The translations under genes and the position numbers were made by a program. The notes below the pieces were generated by a model. That model was not told where the DNA came from. It made no database searches and saw only the letters and a list, made by a program, of their open reading frames with translations. A stretch of 64,000 bases of DNA from an uncultured Actinomycetes bacterium (lineage in GTDB: Bacteria; Actinomycetota; Thermoleophilia; Solirubrobacterales; Solirubrobacteraceae), in NCBI GenBank assembly GCA_963702505.1, contig CAVPCS010000012.1:110494-174493 (forward strand). The letters run 5' to 3'. Numbering within the stretch: position 1 is the stretch's first letter; each line of letters begins with the position of its first letter. Shown in pieces: positions 10,805 to 21,552 of this stretch.

Positions 10805-11580
10805 ATGACCGCCGCAGAGCACGACGGGCGCCGTGAGGCGGCGCAGGCCGTCGCCGAGACGCAGGGCGCGCTCGTCCACCTGGACGGCGTGAGTCGCCGC
10901 TACGAGGTCGGCGCGGGCATCGTCACCGCGCTGGAGGACGTGACGCTCGACATCGGTCGCGGCGAGTTCATCGTCGTCCTCGGGCCCTCGGGCAGCGGCA
11001 AGACGACGCTGCTGAACCTCATCGGCGCGCTCGACACCGTCACCGAGGGCCGGATCGTCATCGCCGGGCGGGACATCACGGCCGCCTCGCGCCGCGACCT
11101 GTTCGCGTTCCGCCGGCACACCGTGTCGTTCATCTTCCAGACGCTTCAACCTGTTCCCCGAGCTGAGCGCGCTCGAGAACGTCGAGTTCGGCGCCGACGT
11201 CGCCGGCCGCGGTGATCGCGTGGCGGTCGCGACGGAGACGCTGCGGCGGGTCGGGCTGGAGGACCGGGTCGCCCACTTCCCGCACGAGCTCTCCGGTGGT
11301 GAGCAGCAGCGCGTGGCGATCGCGCGCGCGCTGGCGACCGGCAACCCGATCCTGCTGGCAGACGAGCCGACGGGCGAGCTGGACTTCCACACCGGCGTGC
11401 AGATCCTGCAGCTCCTGCACGACCAGACGCACGAACTCGGGACGTCCGTGCTCGTCGTGACCCACAACCGCGAGATCTCGCGGGTCGCCGACCGCGTCAT
11501 CGAGCTCTCGAGCGGCCGCGTCGTCGCGGACGGACCGCCGCGCGGGCGGCCCGGCCGAGATCTCCGACCTGCACTGGTAG
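10805..11580 (+). CDS. ABC transporter ATP-binding protein (MacB/LolD-like); one or two apparent frameshifts
   Basis: Walker A is GPSGSGKTTLLNLIG. The signature motif is LSGGEQQRVAIARAL and Walker B is ILLADEPTGELD, split across the 10805 and 11220 frames. Confidence 0.85.
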
Positions 11581-11586
11581 GCCGGC

Positions 11587-14033
11587 ATGGACCGCGACCT
11601 CTGGCTGCGCTGGTCCTGGCGCGATCTGCGCCGCCGGCCCGTCCAGGTCGTCGCGATCGCGCTCGTCATCGCGATCGGCACCGGGCCTGGCGACCGGGCT
11701 CGCGAGCATGCAGGAGTGGCGCACGCTCTCCAACGACGCGAGCTTCGGCCGGCTGGCCTACCACGGGGCCCGCGTGTCGCTGGCCGAGGGCGGCTTCGTC
11801 CGCGAGGGACGCCTGGCGCGCGCCGCCGCGCGCGCGCCGGGGACGGCCGCCACGCGCGAGCGCCTGGTGGTGCCGACGCAGGTGGACGCCTCGACCGCTG
11901 ACGGCGCGGTCCTCGTCCCGGGCCTGCTGGTCGGCCAGCAGATCGACCCGGCACCGGTGGTCGACGGGCTCGCCGCCGCACGCGGGCGCGCACTGACCGC
12001 GGCCGACGACGGCCGGGCGCGTCGGCGTGATCGAGAGCCGGTTCGCCGACGCCCGCGCGCTGCCGGCGTCCGGCTCCGTCACGCTCGCCGGCGGGAGCGC
12101 GGCTGCGCTACGCCGGGTGGGCGTTCCAGCCGCAGTTCTTCTTCGGTGGAGCCGGCGCGGACGCGGATCTCGGCACGGGCGCCGCCGACTACGCCGTGCT
12201 GTTCACCTCGCTGCGGACGGCACAGCGGATCGCGGGCCGCGCGGACGAGGTGAACGAGGTCGTCGTCCGCGGGTCGCCCGGCGTCGAGCGACGCGGCGCT
12301 CGCCGCCCAGCTGCGCCGGGCGTTCGCGATCGCGCTGCCCGGCGTGGGCGTGACCGTCACGCAGGGCGTCGACGAGCAGTCCTACCGCCTCCTCTACAAG
12401 GACGCGGAGGGCGACCAGAAGATCTACATCGTCCTCTCGGCGCTCGTGCTGCTCGGCGCCGCGCTGGCCGCGTACAACCTGATCAGCCGGACCGTGGAGG
12501 CCGAGCGGCGCGAGATCGGGATCGGCATGGCGCTCGGCGTCCCGCCGGCGCGCCTGGCGCTGCGCCCGATCCTCATGGGGGCGCAGATCGCCGTGCTCGG
12601 CGCCGTGCTCGGGGTCGTGATCGGCTACCTGCTGACGCTCGTCTTCGGGTCGCTGCTGGAGGCGGTCCTGCCGCTGCCGGTCTACGACACGCCGTTCCTG
12701 GCCGGGCGCTTCCTCATCGGCGCCGCCATCGGCATGGCGCTGCCGATGCTCGGCGTGCTGCTCCCGGTCCGGCGCGCCGTGCGGATGTCGCCGATCGAGG
12801 CGATCCGCGTGGGCTTCCGCGCCGCCGGCGGCGGGGGCCTCGCGCCGCTGCTGGCGCGCGTGCCGATCCCCGGCGGGAGCCTCGTCCAGATGCCGCTGCG
12901 CAATCTCGTCCGTGCGCCGCGCCGCACGCTGGTGTCGGTGATGGGGATCGGTCTGATCGTCGCGCTCGTCGTCACGTTCGGCGGGCTCATCGACTCGTTC
13001 CTCGCGCCGCTGGACCGCGCGCGCGCCGAGGCCCAGCGCGTCGCGCCCGACCGGCTGCTCGTCAGCCTCGGGGGCTACGAGCAGGTCGGGGGGAGGGCGG
13101 TGCGCGACCTCGTCCGCCTCCCCGAGACCGGGAGCGCCCGCACGGAGAACCAGCTCGGCGTGCGAGCTGCAGGCCGGCGACGAGGAGCTCGCGGGCGCGC
13201 TCACGACGTTCGACCCCGCGCAGCCCGGATGGACCCCGAGCACTCCGGAGGGCACGTTCGCGGCCGGCAGCACGGGCATCACCCTCGCGCCGCAGGCCGC
13301 CAAGGATCTCGGCGTCAGCGTCGGCGACACCATCACGGTCCGCCATCCGCGGCTGGAGCCCGGCGGGACGGTCACGGCGGTCCGCTCGCGGGTGCGCGTC
13401 GATGCGCTGCACGGCGGCACGCTGCGGCCGCTGGCCTACGGCGCGTCGGCGGCGTGGGATCCGCGGACCGGCCTGCGCGGGCTGACGAACCAGGTCGAGG
13501 TCATCCCGGCGCCCGGCGTCTCCCGCGACGCCGCGATCCGCGCGATCTTCGCCGTGCCGGGCGTGGCGTCGGTCCAGGCGGCGAGCGCGCCGTACGAGGC
13601 GCTGGACGAGTACATCGACCGGTTCCTGGGGGTGATCTACGCCACCGAGGCGTTCATCCTCCTGCTCGCCCTGCTGGTCGCGTTCAACTCGGCGGCGATC
13701 AGCGCCGACGAGCGCCGCCGCGAGCACGCGACGATGTTCGCCTACGGCGTGCCGCCCCGCACCGTCGTGGCCCAGGGCATCGCCGAGAGCGGGCTGATGG
13801 GCGTGCTCGCGAGCATCGTCGGCGTGCTCGTCGGGCTGGTCCTCGTCGGCTGGATGGTCTTCTCGATCGTCCCCGAGACGGTTCCGGACCTCGAGGTCTG
13901 GGTCGTCCTGAGCCCGCGGACGCTGCTCATCGCCGCCGGAGTGGGCATCGTGGCGTGCGCCCTGGCGCCGCTGTTCACGGCGCGCCGGCTGCGGCGCATG
14001 GACGTCGCCTCGACGCTGCGCGTCATGGAGTAG
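11587..14033 (+). CDS. ABC transporter permease, FtsX/MacB-family, duplicated permease domains (~815 aa); multiple apparent frameshifts
   Basis: Begins MDRDLWLRWSWRDLRRRPVQVVAIALVIAIGTG. Long internal membrane segments include LYKDAEGDQKIYIVLSALVLLGAALAAYNLISRTVEAERREIGIGMALG. The C-terminal FtsX domain reads FAYGVPPRTVVAQGIAESGLMGVLASIVGVLVGL and ends at 14033. Confidence 0.8.
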
Positions 14034-14045
14034 GGCTCAGGGCGC

Positions 14046-15390
14046 CTAGAACAGCTCGCCGTCCTGCGGGCCGTCGAGCGGGGACGCGGCGTCCTCCTCG
14101 ACGGTCCCGGCGGCGGCGAGCAGGGCGCGGATCTCGTCGAGGTGGCCGCGGACGGCCTTCTCGATGCCGTCGAGCGCGTCGCCCGCCGCGTCGATCCCGG
14201 TCCGCGCGGCCGTCAGGTTCTGCCGGACCTTGCGGGCGTCCTTGAGCGACTGGAGCGCCTTGTCGGCCTGCTGGCCGATCGCCGCGCCGTCGAGCGTCTC
14301 GCCGGACTCCTCGCGCGCCAGCAGCACCCGCGCGCGCGCCAGCATGTAGGCGACCTCGAGCGTGAGGCTCGACTCGTCGCCCGCGTTCCACGTGACGATG
14401 AGCTTGTCGCCGTGGAACTCCGTGAGCGCGCGCATCCCCGCGGGGATCTCGCCCTCGCTCGGGACCACGAGCACCGCGAAGTCGGCGTTGCGCGCCTCGA
14501 GCGCGCCGTCCAGCTCCTTGATCGCGGCCGGCTGGGAGAGCTTGCGGTCCTTGGCCTCGAAGGCGATCCGCCCGAGCGACGGGCCCTCGCAGAGCCCGAT
14601 GTCGACGACGACGTCGCCCTTCTTGCTGCGGCCCGCGTCGCTGCGGTCGCCGACCGCGTCGGCCGCGTCGCCGCGCGGCGCCGCGATCGCCGCCAGGGCG
14701 TCCGCGACCTGCTCCTCGTACGTGCGGCCCTTGGCGGTGCCGCGCTCGGCCTCCTCGGCGACGGCCTCCTCCTTGACCTGCTCGGCCTTCAGCGCCGCGA
14801 CCTCGGCCTTGAGGGCGTCGATCGTCTGGTTCATCGCCAGGAGGTGCTTGTGCTGCAGCTCGGAGGCGCCCTTGATGGCCTGGACCGCCGACTGCTGGAA
14901 CTGCGCGAGCGGGTTGCTCTCGTCGGCGGACGGTGAACTGCTTGCCGAGCGCCTCGCGGTGGGTGACGAGCAGCTCGTTGACCAGCGACGTCACCTGGTG
15001 CTGGACGGCGGCGCTGGACTCGTCCCCGAAGTGCTTCTCCAGCAGGCGCGGGACGACGCCGGACTCCGCGCCGAACGCCTGCTCGACGCTCTTGGTCAGC
15101 TCGACGCTGACGAGCTGCGCGCGCTCGGCGAACTGCTGCTCGACCTCGCGGGCCTGGCGCTCGAACTCCGCCTTGACGAAATCGGTGTTCGCGGCGGTCT
15201 GCTCGCGGTCCAGGACGCGGGCGCCGATCTCGACCGCCTGCACGACGAGCGGCGCGATGTCCTCGCCGGCCTCCTCGCGCTCACGCGCCAGGCGCACGAC
15301 GGTCTCGTCGGTGACGGTCAGGGCGTCGACGCGCAGGCGGTCGCCGGCGAGGATGACGCGGTCGGGATGGAGTGGTCGGGCGGCTTCCAT
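14046..15390 (-). CDS. RmuC/DUF2130-like coiled-coil protein with putative PD-(D/E)xK nuclease motif; one apparent frameshift near 14900
   Basis: The N-terminal half is predicted coiled coil. The C-terminal half contains GDVVVDIGLCEGPSLGRIAFEAKDRK (D-x13-E-x-K), resembling the restriction-endonuclease-like core of RmuC-family proteins. The family assignment is inference from motif and architecture. Confidence 0.5.
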
Positions 15391-15489
15391 GGTCGTGGAG
15401 TCGCACGGTACGCCCGGGATCTGACGGATCGCAGGAATCCCTGCACAGACCGACGCTCGGGGCGCCGAACGGGAGTAGGCTCGCCGGTG

Positions 15490-17101
15490 ATGCTCGATCG
15501 CCTGGCCGCCCCCCTGTTCGTCGCCCGCACCTTCGCCGGGGCCGGCCTGATCCACCCCGAGCGGCCCGACCGGGTCGTCCGCGCCCTGGGCAGGCTCAGG
15601 GACTGGGGGCCGACCGTCGCCGGCGGCTACCAGGCGGCGGCCGCGCGCCGCCCCGACGCGATCGCCATCGTCGACGAGCGCGGGACGCTCACCTTCGGCG
15701 AGGTCGACGAGCGCTCGAGCCGCCTCGCGCACGCGCTCGCCGCGGAGGGGATCGGGCCCGGTGACGGCGTCGCGATCCTCGCGCGCAACCACCGCTGGTT
15801 CGTCGACATCTCAGTCGCGGTCGCGAAGCTCGGCGGCCGCGCGCTGTACCTCAACACGATGTTCGCGGCGCCGCAGATCACCGACGTCTGCGAGCGCGAG
15901 GAGCCGGTGGCGATCGTCCACGACGCCGAGTTCGCGGAGTTCGTCAGCGGCGCGGCGGCGGGTCGCATGCGGTTCGTCGCCTGGCACGACGGACCCGATC
16001 CGGACGGCGCGCGGACGCTCGACGAGCTCGCCGCCGGGCACCCGTCCACGGCGCCCGACCCGCCCGCGGAGCCGAGCCGGGTCATCATCCTGACCAGCGG
16101 CACCACCGGCACCCCCAAGGGCGCCCAGCGCAAGCAGCCCGACTCGCTGACGCCGGTCGCCTCGCTGCTTCGACGCGATCCCGCTCAAGGCGCGCGAGAC
16201 GACGATGATCGCCGCGCCGATGTTCCACTCGTGGGGCATGGCGCACTTCCTGCTCTCGCTCACGCTCGGCTCGACGCTCGTCGTGCGCCGCCGGTTCGAC
16301 CCGCAGGACACCCTCGCCGCGGTCGCGCACCACCGCGCGACCGCGCTCGCGGTCGTGCCGGTGATGCTGCAGCGGATCATGGAGCTGCCCGACGAGGTCG
16401 TCGCGCGCTACGACACCTCGTCGCTGCGCGTGATCGCCGTGAGCGGCAGCGCGCTCCCGGGCGACCTCGCCACGAAGGTCATGGACCGCTTCGGGGACGT
16501 CGTCTACAACCTCTACGGGTCGACCGAGGTGGCGTGGGCGACGATCGCCGGGCCCGCCGACCTGCGCGCTGCGCCGGGCTGCGCGGGGCGCCCGCCGCGC
16601 GGGACCGTCGTGCGCCTCTACGACGACGCCGGGCTGCCGCTCGACGCGCCGGAGGTGACCGGCCGCATCTTCGTGGGCAACGAGATGGCGTTCGAGGGAT
16701 ACACGGGCGGCGGCGGCAAGGACGTCATCGACGGCCTGATGTCGACCGGGGACGTCGGGCACTTCGACGCGGGCGGACGCCTCTTCATCGACGGCCGCGA
16801 CGACGAGATGATCGTCAGCGGCGGCGAGAACGTCTTCCCGCGCGAGGTGGAGGACCTCCTCGCCGACCATCCCTGCGTCGTCGAGGTCGCCGTGATCGGC
16901 GTGCCGGACGAGGCGTGGGGCGAGCGGCTGCGGGCGTACGTCGTGCTCCTCGAGGGGATGGAGCCGACCGAGAAGGACCTCAAGGGCTACGTGAAGGAGA
17001 ACCTCGCGGGCTACAAGGTGCCGCGCGAGATCGTCGTGCTCGACGAGCTTCCGCGCAACGCCACCGGCAAGGTGCTCAAGCGCATGCTCGAGCGCGACTG
17101 A
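15490..17101 (+). CDS. fadD: long-chain fatty-acid--CoA ligase / acyl-CoA synthetase (AMP-binding); one apparent frameshift near 16180
   Basis: The AMP-binding motif reads ILTSGTTGTPKGAQ. Downstream it reads YGSTE and ends with GKVLKRMLERD. Two frames (14362 and 16205) join into one ~535-aa protein. Confidence 0.85.
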
Positions 17102-17271
17102 GTCCGGAGAAGGTCTTCCAGAGAGCCGGGTGGCCGGATGCGGCACTCGCCCGGCGACGGGTCGCCACGCGGCTCGTTGCCGATGCCACCGGCATCGGCT
17201 GCCGAACCGCGCGTCGCCCGCCATCCACGCGAGCACCACCCCGCCCATCCCGTCTCATTCTGAAAGACCTT

Positions 17272-17808
17272 CTACGGGCGCCACTTGATCGAGCAGCCCA
17301 CGGGCTGCGTCTCGGGCAGGCCGACCGGCCGGCCCGCGAGCACGTCGTCGAGCGCACCGCGCAGCCAGTCGGCGTCCTGGCGCTCGTCCTCCCAGTCGGA
17401 GTCGGGGGCGCCGCGGTAGGCGACGCGGCCCTCGCCGTCGATGACGAAGACGTCCGGGGTCGTCTGCGCGCCGTAGGCCTCGGCGACGTCCTGCGTCTCG
17501 TCGTGCAGGTAGGGCATCGGCCAGCCGTCCGGGTCGGCTTCCACGCGCTCCACCATCGCCTCGAACCCGTCGCGCGGGTAGCGATCGGCGTCGTTGCTGT
17601 TGACGTTCAGGACGACGACGCCGTGCTCGGCGTAGTCGCGGGCGACCGCGGCGATCCGCTCGTGCCAGGCCAGCGCGTAGGGGCAGTGGTTGCACGTGAA
17701 GACGACGACGGTCGCGGGCGGGTTGCTCTCGGCGACCACCCCGTGGCTCGTGCCGTCGGTGGCGGGGAGGTCGAACGTGGGCGCGTGGGCGCCGATGCGC
17801 AGGGTCAT
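17272..17808 (-). CDS. thioredoxin-fold thiol-disulfide oxidoreductase (CNHC active-site motif)
   Basis: Intact 178-aa ORF. It has TCNHCPYALAW in a redoxin-like context (VVVFTCNHC, VLNVNSND). There is no signal peptide. Confidence 0.6.
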   Translation of the reverse strand: MTLRIGAHAPTFDLPATDGTSHGVVAESNPPATVVVFTCNHCPYALAWHERIAAVARDYAEHGVVVLNVNSNDADRYPRDGFEAMVERVEADPDGWPMPYLHDETQDVAEAYGAQTTPDVFVIDGEGRVAYRGAPDSDWEDERQDADWLRGALDDVLAGRPVGLPETQPVGCSIKWRP

Positions 17809-18146
17809 GAGGCCGCTCCTTCGGGAGTGGTCAGCGCGCGGCGCAGCGCGTCGCGCAGGTCGTCGGGGTCGGGGACGGGGGAGATGCGTCCGTCACGGCG
17901 GTGGTAGACGCGGCAGGCGAGCTGCACCGGCTCGCCCGCGGACGGGACGACGTCGCGCCCGTCGACGCGGATCGTGGGCGAGCCCGTGAAGTGCTCACGC
18001 GCGGCGCCGGCGTCGTCGCGGATCTCGATGACCGTGACGGCATCCGGATCCTGCCCGGCGTCGGTCAGCGCGGCCCGCAGGTCGGCGAGCGCGCGCGGGT
18101 GCGACGGGCAGCCGTCCCAGAAGAGCAGTTCGACGCGCGGTGCCAT
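17805..18146 (-). CDS. small thioredoxin-like/DUF protein
   Basis: Reads MAPRVELLFWDGCPSHPRALADLRAALTDAG...SPTIRVDGRDV. Its start overlaps the stop of the downstream redoxin gene by 4 bp. The family is uncertain. Confidence 0.4.
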   Translation of the reverse strand: MAPRVELLFWDGCPSHPRALADLRAALTDAGQDPDAVTVIEIRDDAGAAREHFTGSPTIRVDGRDVVPSAGEPVQLACRVYHRRDGRISPVPDPDDLRDALRRALTTPEGAAS

Positions 18147-18200
18147 CACGGCGAGAGTACGGGTCGTCCGGGGACGGGTTCTGGTAGACATCGCCGGTCG

Positions 18201-18527
18201 ATGCGTCGTCCCGCCGCCACCTCGCGCACCCGTGCGCTGGCCTACGCCGGCGTCGTCGTGGCGCTCGCGGCCGCGTTCTGCATCGCCCCGGGCATGGCCG
18301 TCGCCCTTGCCCCCGCCGCGCTGCTGCTCCTCCTCCTCGTCCACGGGCTCTTCCCGGGTGAGGAGGCCATCGAGCGTCTGCGCGGCCGCATGCAGGTCCG
18401 CGCGGTCCGCCCGGTGCGGTCGTCCCGTCGTCCCGCGCTGCCCCAGGTCGTCCGCAGGACGGGCCGGGAGATCGCGTTCGCGCTCGCCGTGCGCCCGCCG
18501 CCCGCCGGCGTGGCCATCAGCAGCTAG
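18201..18527 (+). CDS. small hypothetical membrane protein
   Basis: MRRPAATSRTRALAYAGVVVALAAAFCIAPGMAVALAPAALLLLLLVHGLF has two hydrophobic helices. Support is weak. Confidence 0.25.
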   Translation: MRRPAATSRTRALAYAGVVVALAAAFCIAPGMAVALAPAALLLLLLVHGLFPGEEAIERLRGRMQVRAVRPVRSSRRPALPQVVRRTGREIAFALAVRPPPAGVAISS

Positions 18528-18680
18528 GGCGCACGGCGGATCGGGCGAGGACCGGCGTGTGCCGGTTCACCCGTTCTTGAAGGGAGGGCGCATGCACACG
18601 CCCACCACACTCGCCGTGCCGTCTCGGCACCCCGCAACGCACCGACGCCGGCCCCTGGGGCCCGCGCGAGCCACGCGGAC

Positions 18681-19897
18681 ATGACCAAGATTCAGACCGT
18701 CCGGCGCCTCGTCGCCGGGACGGTCCTCGTGATCGCCGCGTCGGGGCTCGTCCCGGCCGGCGCCGCAGCGGCTCCCGCGCCGTGCGGCGGCGTGCCGCAG
18801 ATCAGCGACGCGACCGGTGACGGGCACCACAGCAACACCGACGTCGTCAGCGCCTGGATCGCCGAATCGGCGGGGCACCTGCAGGCCGTCGTCAAGGTGC
18901 ACATCGCCGTCTGGGAACCGGTCCACGACGATTCGGACGCGGCCGGGTTCGCGCTGCTCTGGGCGAGCGGCGGGGTGACCCGCTACGTCCGCGCCGAGGC
19001 GCCGCGCGGCGCTGCCGTGCGCTTCGACCACGGGACCTGGACGCTCGCCGGCGGGTTCGTCAGCGCGGGCGCCACGACCGGCGCGACGACCCCCGGGACC
19101 GGCGGGACGGTCACGATCGACATCCCCGACGCGTACGCGGCCGCGACGACCGTGCTCGCACGGCCGTTCGTCCTGACGTACGACGGCATGACCGGCGCCG
19201 ACGCGCACTGGGTGGACCGCGCGCCCGGCGGCGTGACGCCCGCGAGCGACGAGGTGGGCGCCGATGTCGTGGCAGGCTCGTGCGCCACGGGCGCAGGGCC
19301 GGGGACGCCCGGGACACCCGGCGCTCCGGGCTCCAGCGGGGGCGGCACCACGGGCGCCGCTCCCGGACGCCCGGCACCGCCGGTGCGCGCACGACGGCCG
19401 TTGTGCTCCAGGGCCCGGCGACGGTGCGCGGCGGCGGCCCGGTCCGCGTGACCGGGCGGGTGGTGCCGGCGCGTGCGGGCGTCGCGGTCGCGCTCACGAG
19501 CGCCGCGAGCCGGACGCAGACGCGCACCGTCGTCACCGGCGCCGACGGGCGCTTCGCCGCCACCCTCCAGGTCCGCGAGACGACCCGTCTGCGAGCCGTC
19601 GCGGACAGCCTCGGGTCACAGACGCTCACCGTGACGGTCCGCTCGATCGTCACGTTCACGTCGCAGCGGCTGAATGACGGGCGCACGCTCGTCACCGGCA
19701 CCGTGCGACCGGCCCTTCCCGGCCGGGTCCTCCTTCTGCGCTGGGACGCGATCAGCCCCAGCGCCAAGACGTCGGCGCGCGGAGGGCGGTTCCGCCTCCT
19801 GCTGCGCCGTGCCAGGCCTGGCCGCTACCAGGCGGTCTACATCCCGTCCGGCGCACGCGCCGAACGGTCCACATCCAACACAGGAGTCATCCGATGA
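18681..19897 (+). CDS. secreted hypothetical protein with C-terminal Ig/CarD-like beta domains; one apparent frameshift near 19280
   Basis: The signal peptide is MTKIQTVRRLVAGTVLVIAASGLVPAGAAAAPAPC. The C-terminal part (19280 frame) is beta-rich and repetitive (VRVTGRVVPARAGVAVALTSAAS...TLTVTVRS). Confidence 0.5.
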
Positions 19898-21028
19898 GGT
19901 TGAAGCAGTTCAGACGCGCCGCCGTGGCGGTCGCCGTCGCGGCGCTCGTGGCACCCGCCGCGGCCGCCGCACACGGGTCGGTCTTCACGGTCACCGCGAA
20001 GACGGTCGTCGGGCCGGTCCCGGCGACGGCGGGCGGACTCGTCGACCAGACGCAGTACGTCGTCACGAACCACGGGTACACGTACGTCCTGCGCGAGAGC
20101 AACGGCGCGAGCGACAAGGGCATGATCAACTTCAAGGTCCTCCCGAGCGCGTACCGCAATCAGGCGGGCTTCACGAAGGCCCGTCTGCTGTCGGAGGGCG
20201 ACACGGGCGCCCAGCCGCACGCGACGTGCCGCAACGTCCCGCAGCTGGAGTCGCTCGCCGCGATCCTCGCCTGGCAGGGAACCGATCCGTTCTACAACTA
20301 CGTGCCGTTCCAGAGCACGTCGGCCGGCCTCGAGGACGCCGCATCGAGCTGGATCCCGGTGGTTCTGGCGCAGACCGGCGTCAACCTCGCGACGGTGACG
20401 GACTTCGCGGCCGCCTGCGCGAGCATCGCCGGCACGTACGTGCCCGCAGACACGACCCAGACGACGTCCGCCTCGCTGAACGCGGGCCAGGTCTCCGACG
20501 CGCTCGCGCCGTTCCAGGCGCAGGTCGCCTCGCTGCAGGGCGACGTCGGCACGCTCGAGGGCGAGAACACGACCCTCACCGCGCGCATCGCCACGCTCGA
20601 GGACGAGAACGAGGCGCTCGCAGCCGCCAAGACGGCGGCCGAGAAGGCGGCGGCCGAGGCGCTCGCCGCGCAGAAGGCGGCCGAGGCGCGTCCCGCGGCG
20701 GTTCCGGTCGCGCCCGCGGCGAGCGAGCGTGAGCGCAAGCTCGCGGTCTCGCTCCATGCGAAGCGGTTCCCGGGCCGGCCCGGGGCGATCGCGCTCGTCA
20801 CGGGTCCCGCCGGCGCCAAGGTGACGCTGACGCTCCGCGGCAAGGGCGGTTCCGTCCTCGCGACGACGACACGCAACCTCGGCCCCGAGGGTGCCGCCGT
20901 CGGCGCGCTCGCGCCGTCGAAGGCGACCCTCGCGTCGCTCGCCAAGGCCGGGAAAGCCGGCGACCGTCACGGTCGAGGCGACCGCCGACGGCGCCAAGGC
21001 GACCGCGGGAGGGACGCTCGTTCCCTGA
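19894..21028 (+). CDS. secreted hypothetical protein with central coiled-coil; frameshift near 20950
   Basis: The signal peptide is MRLKQFRRAAVAVAVAALVAPAAAAAHG, with His predicted at the mature N-terminus. A coiled-coil segment reads LQGDVGTLEGENTTLTARIATLEDENEALAAAKTAAEKAAAEALAAQKAAE. The C-terminus is found in another frame (TVTVEATADGAKATAGGTLVP, stop 21026-21028). Confidence 0.5.
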
Positions 21029-21090
21029 TGTCCAAGACGTCCGGCTGCTGCACACCCATGGGCTCGCACCCCTGCAGCCGGCAGGGTGAC

Positions 21091-21125
21091 GCGCCGCGCC
21101 CGGGCCTCATGCCCGGGCGCGGCGC
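21091..21125 (+). terminator. perfect 15-bp inverted repeat hairpin GCGCCGCGCCCGGGC-ctcat-GCCCGGGCGCGGCGC
   Basis: Read directly from the sequence. It lies between the secreted-protein gene and copC. A GC-rich stem without a U-tract is typical for high-GC actinobacterial terminators. Confidence 0.5.
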
Positions 21126-21164
21126 CCACCGCCCCTCGATCATTCGCAGGAAGGGAAGACCAGG

Positions 21165-21545
21165 ATGAACGGCACGTCAGCCCGGCGACCGGCCAGGATG
21201 GCCGCCGCGGCGCTCCTCGCAGGCGCCGCGCTCGGCGCCGGCGTCGCCTACGGGCATTCGCAGGTGACGTCGACCAGCCCGCGGGCCGGCGCGACGGTGC
21301 GTCCGTCGCTCGCGAAGGTCACGGTGCGCTTCGATGCCCCCGTCACGACCGGCACGATCGCGGTCGCCGGTCCGAGGGGAACGGTGTCCCGCGGGCGCGG
21401 CGGTCCCGACCCGCGCAGCACGGCGCGCCTCGTCGTCGGCCTGCGCGCCCCGCTGGCGCCCGGCCGCTACCGCGCCTCGTGGACCGCGCTGGCGACCGAC
21501 GGTCACCGGCAGCGCGGATCGTTCACATTCCGCGTCCGCCGCTGA
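21165..21545 (+). CDS. copC: copper resistance protein CopC (periplasmic copper chaperone)
   Basis: A signal peptide is followed by HSQVTSTSPRAGATV (the CopC N-terminal His-x-x-L/V-x-x-S-x-P motif). The size (126 aa) and the C-terminus FTFRV fit CopC. A good RBS (AGGAAGGGAAG) precedes it. Confidence 0.8.
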   Translation: MNGTSARRPARMAAAALLAGAALGAGVAYGHSQVTSTSPRAGATVRPSLAKVTVRFDAPVTTGTIAVAGPRGTVSRGRGGPDPRSTARLVVGLRAPLAPGRYRASWTALATDGHRQRGSFTFRVRR

Positions 21546-21552
21546 GAGCCGG

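Noticed and set aside
17105-17275. A 10-bp inverted repeat (AGAAGGTCTT … AAGACCTTCT) flanking the convergent fadD and redoxin intergenic region.
   Set aside because: Its arms are about 150 bp apart. It could be a chance match or a long-range terminator structure. There is insufficient support to call a mobile element or a regulatory site.
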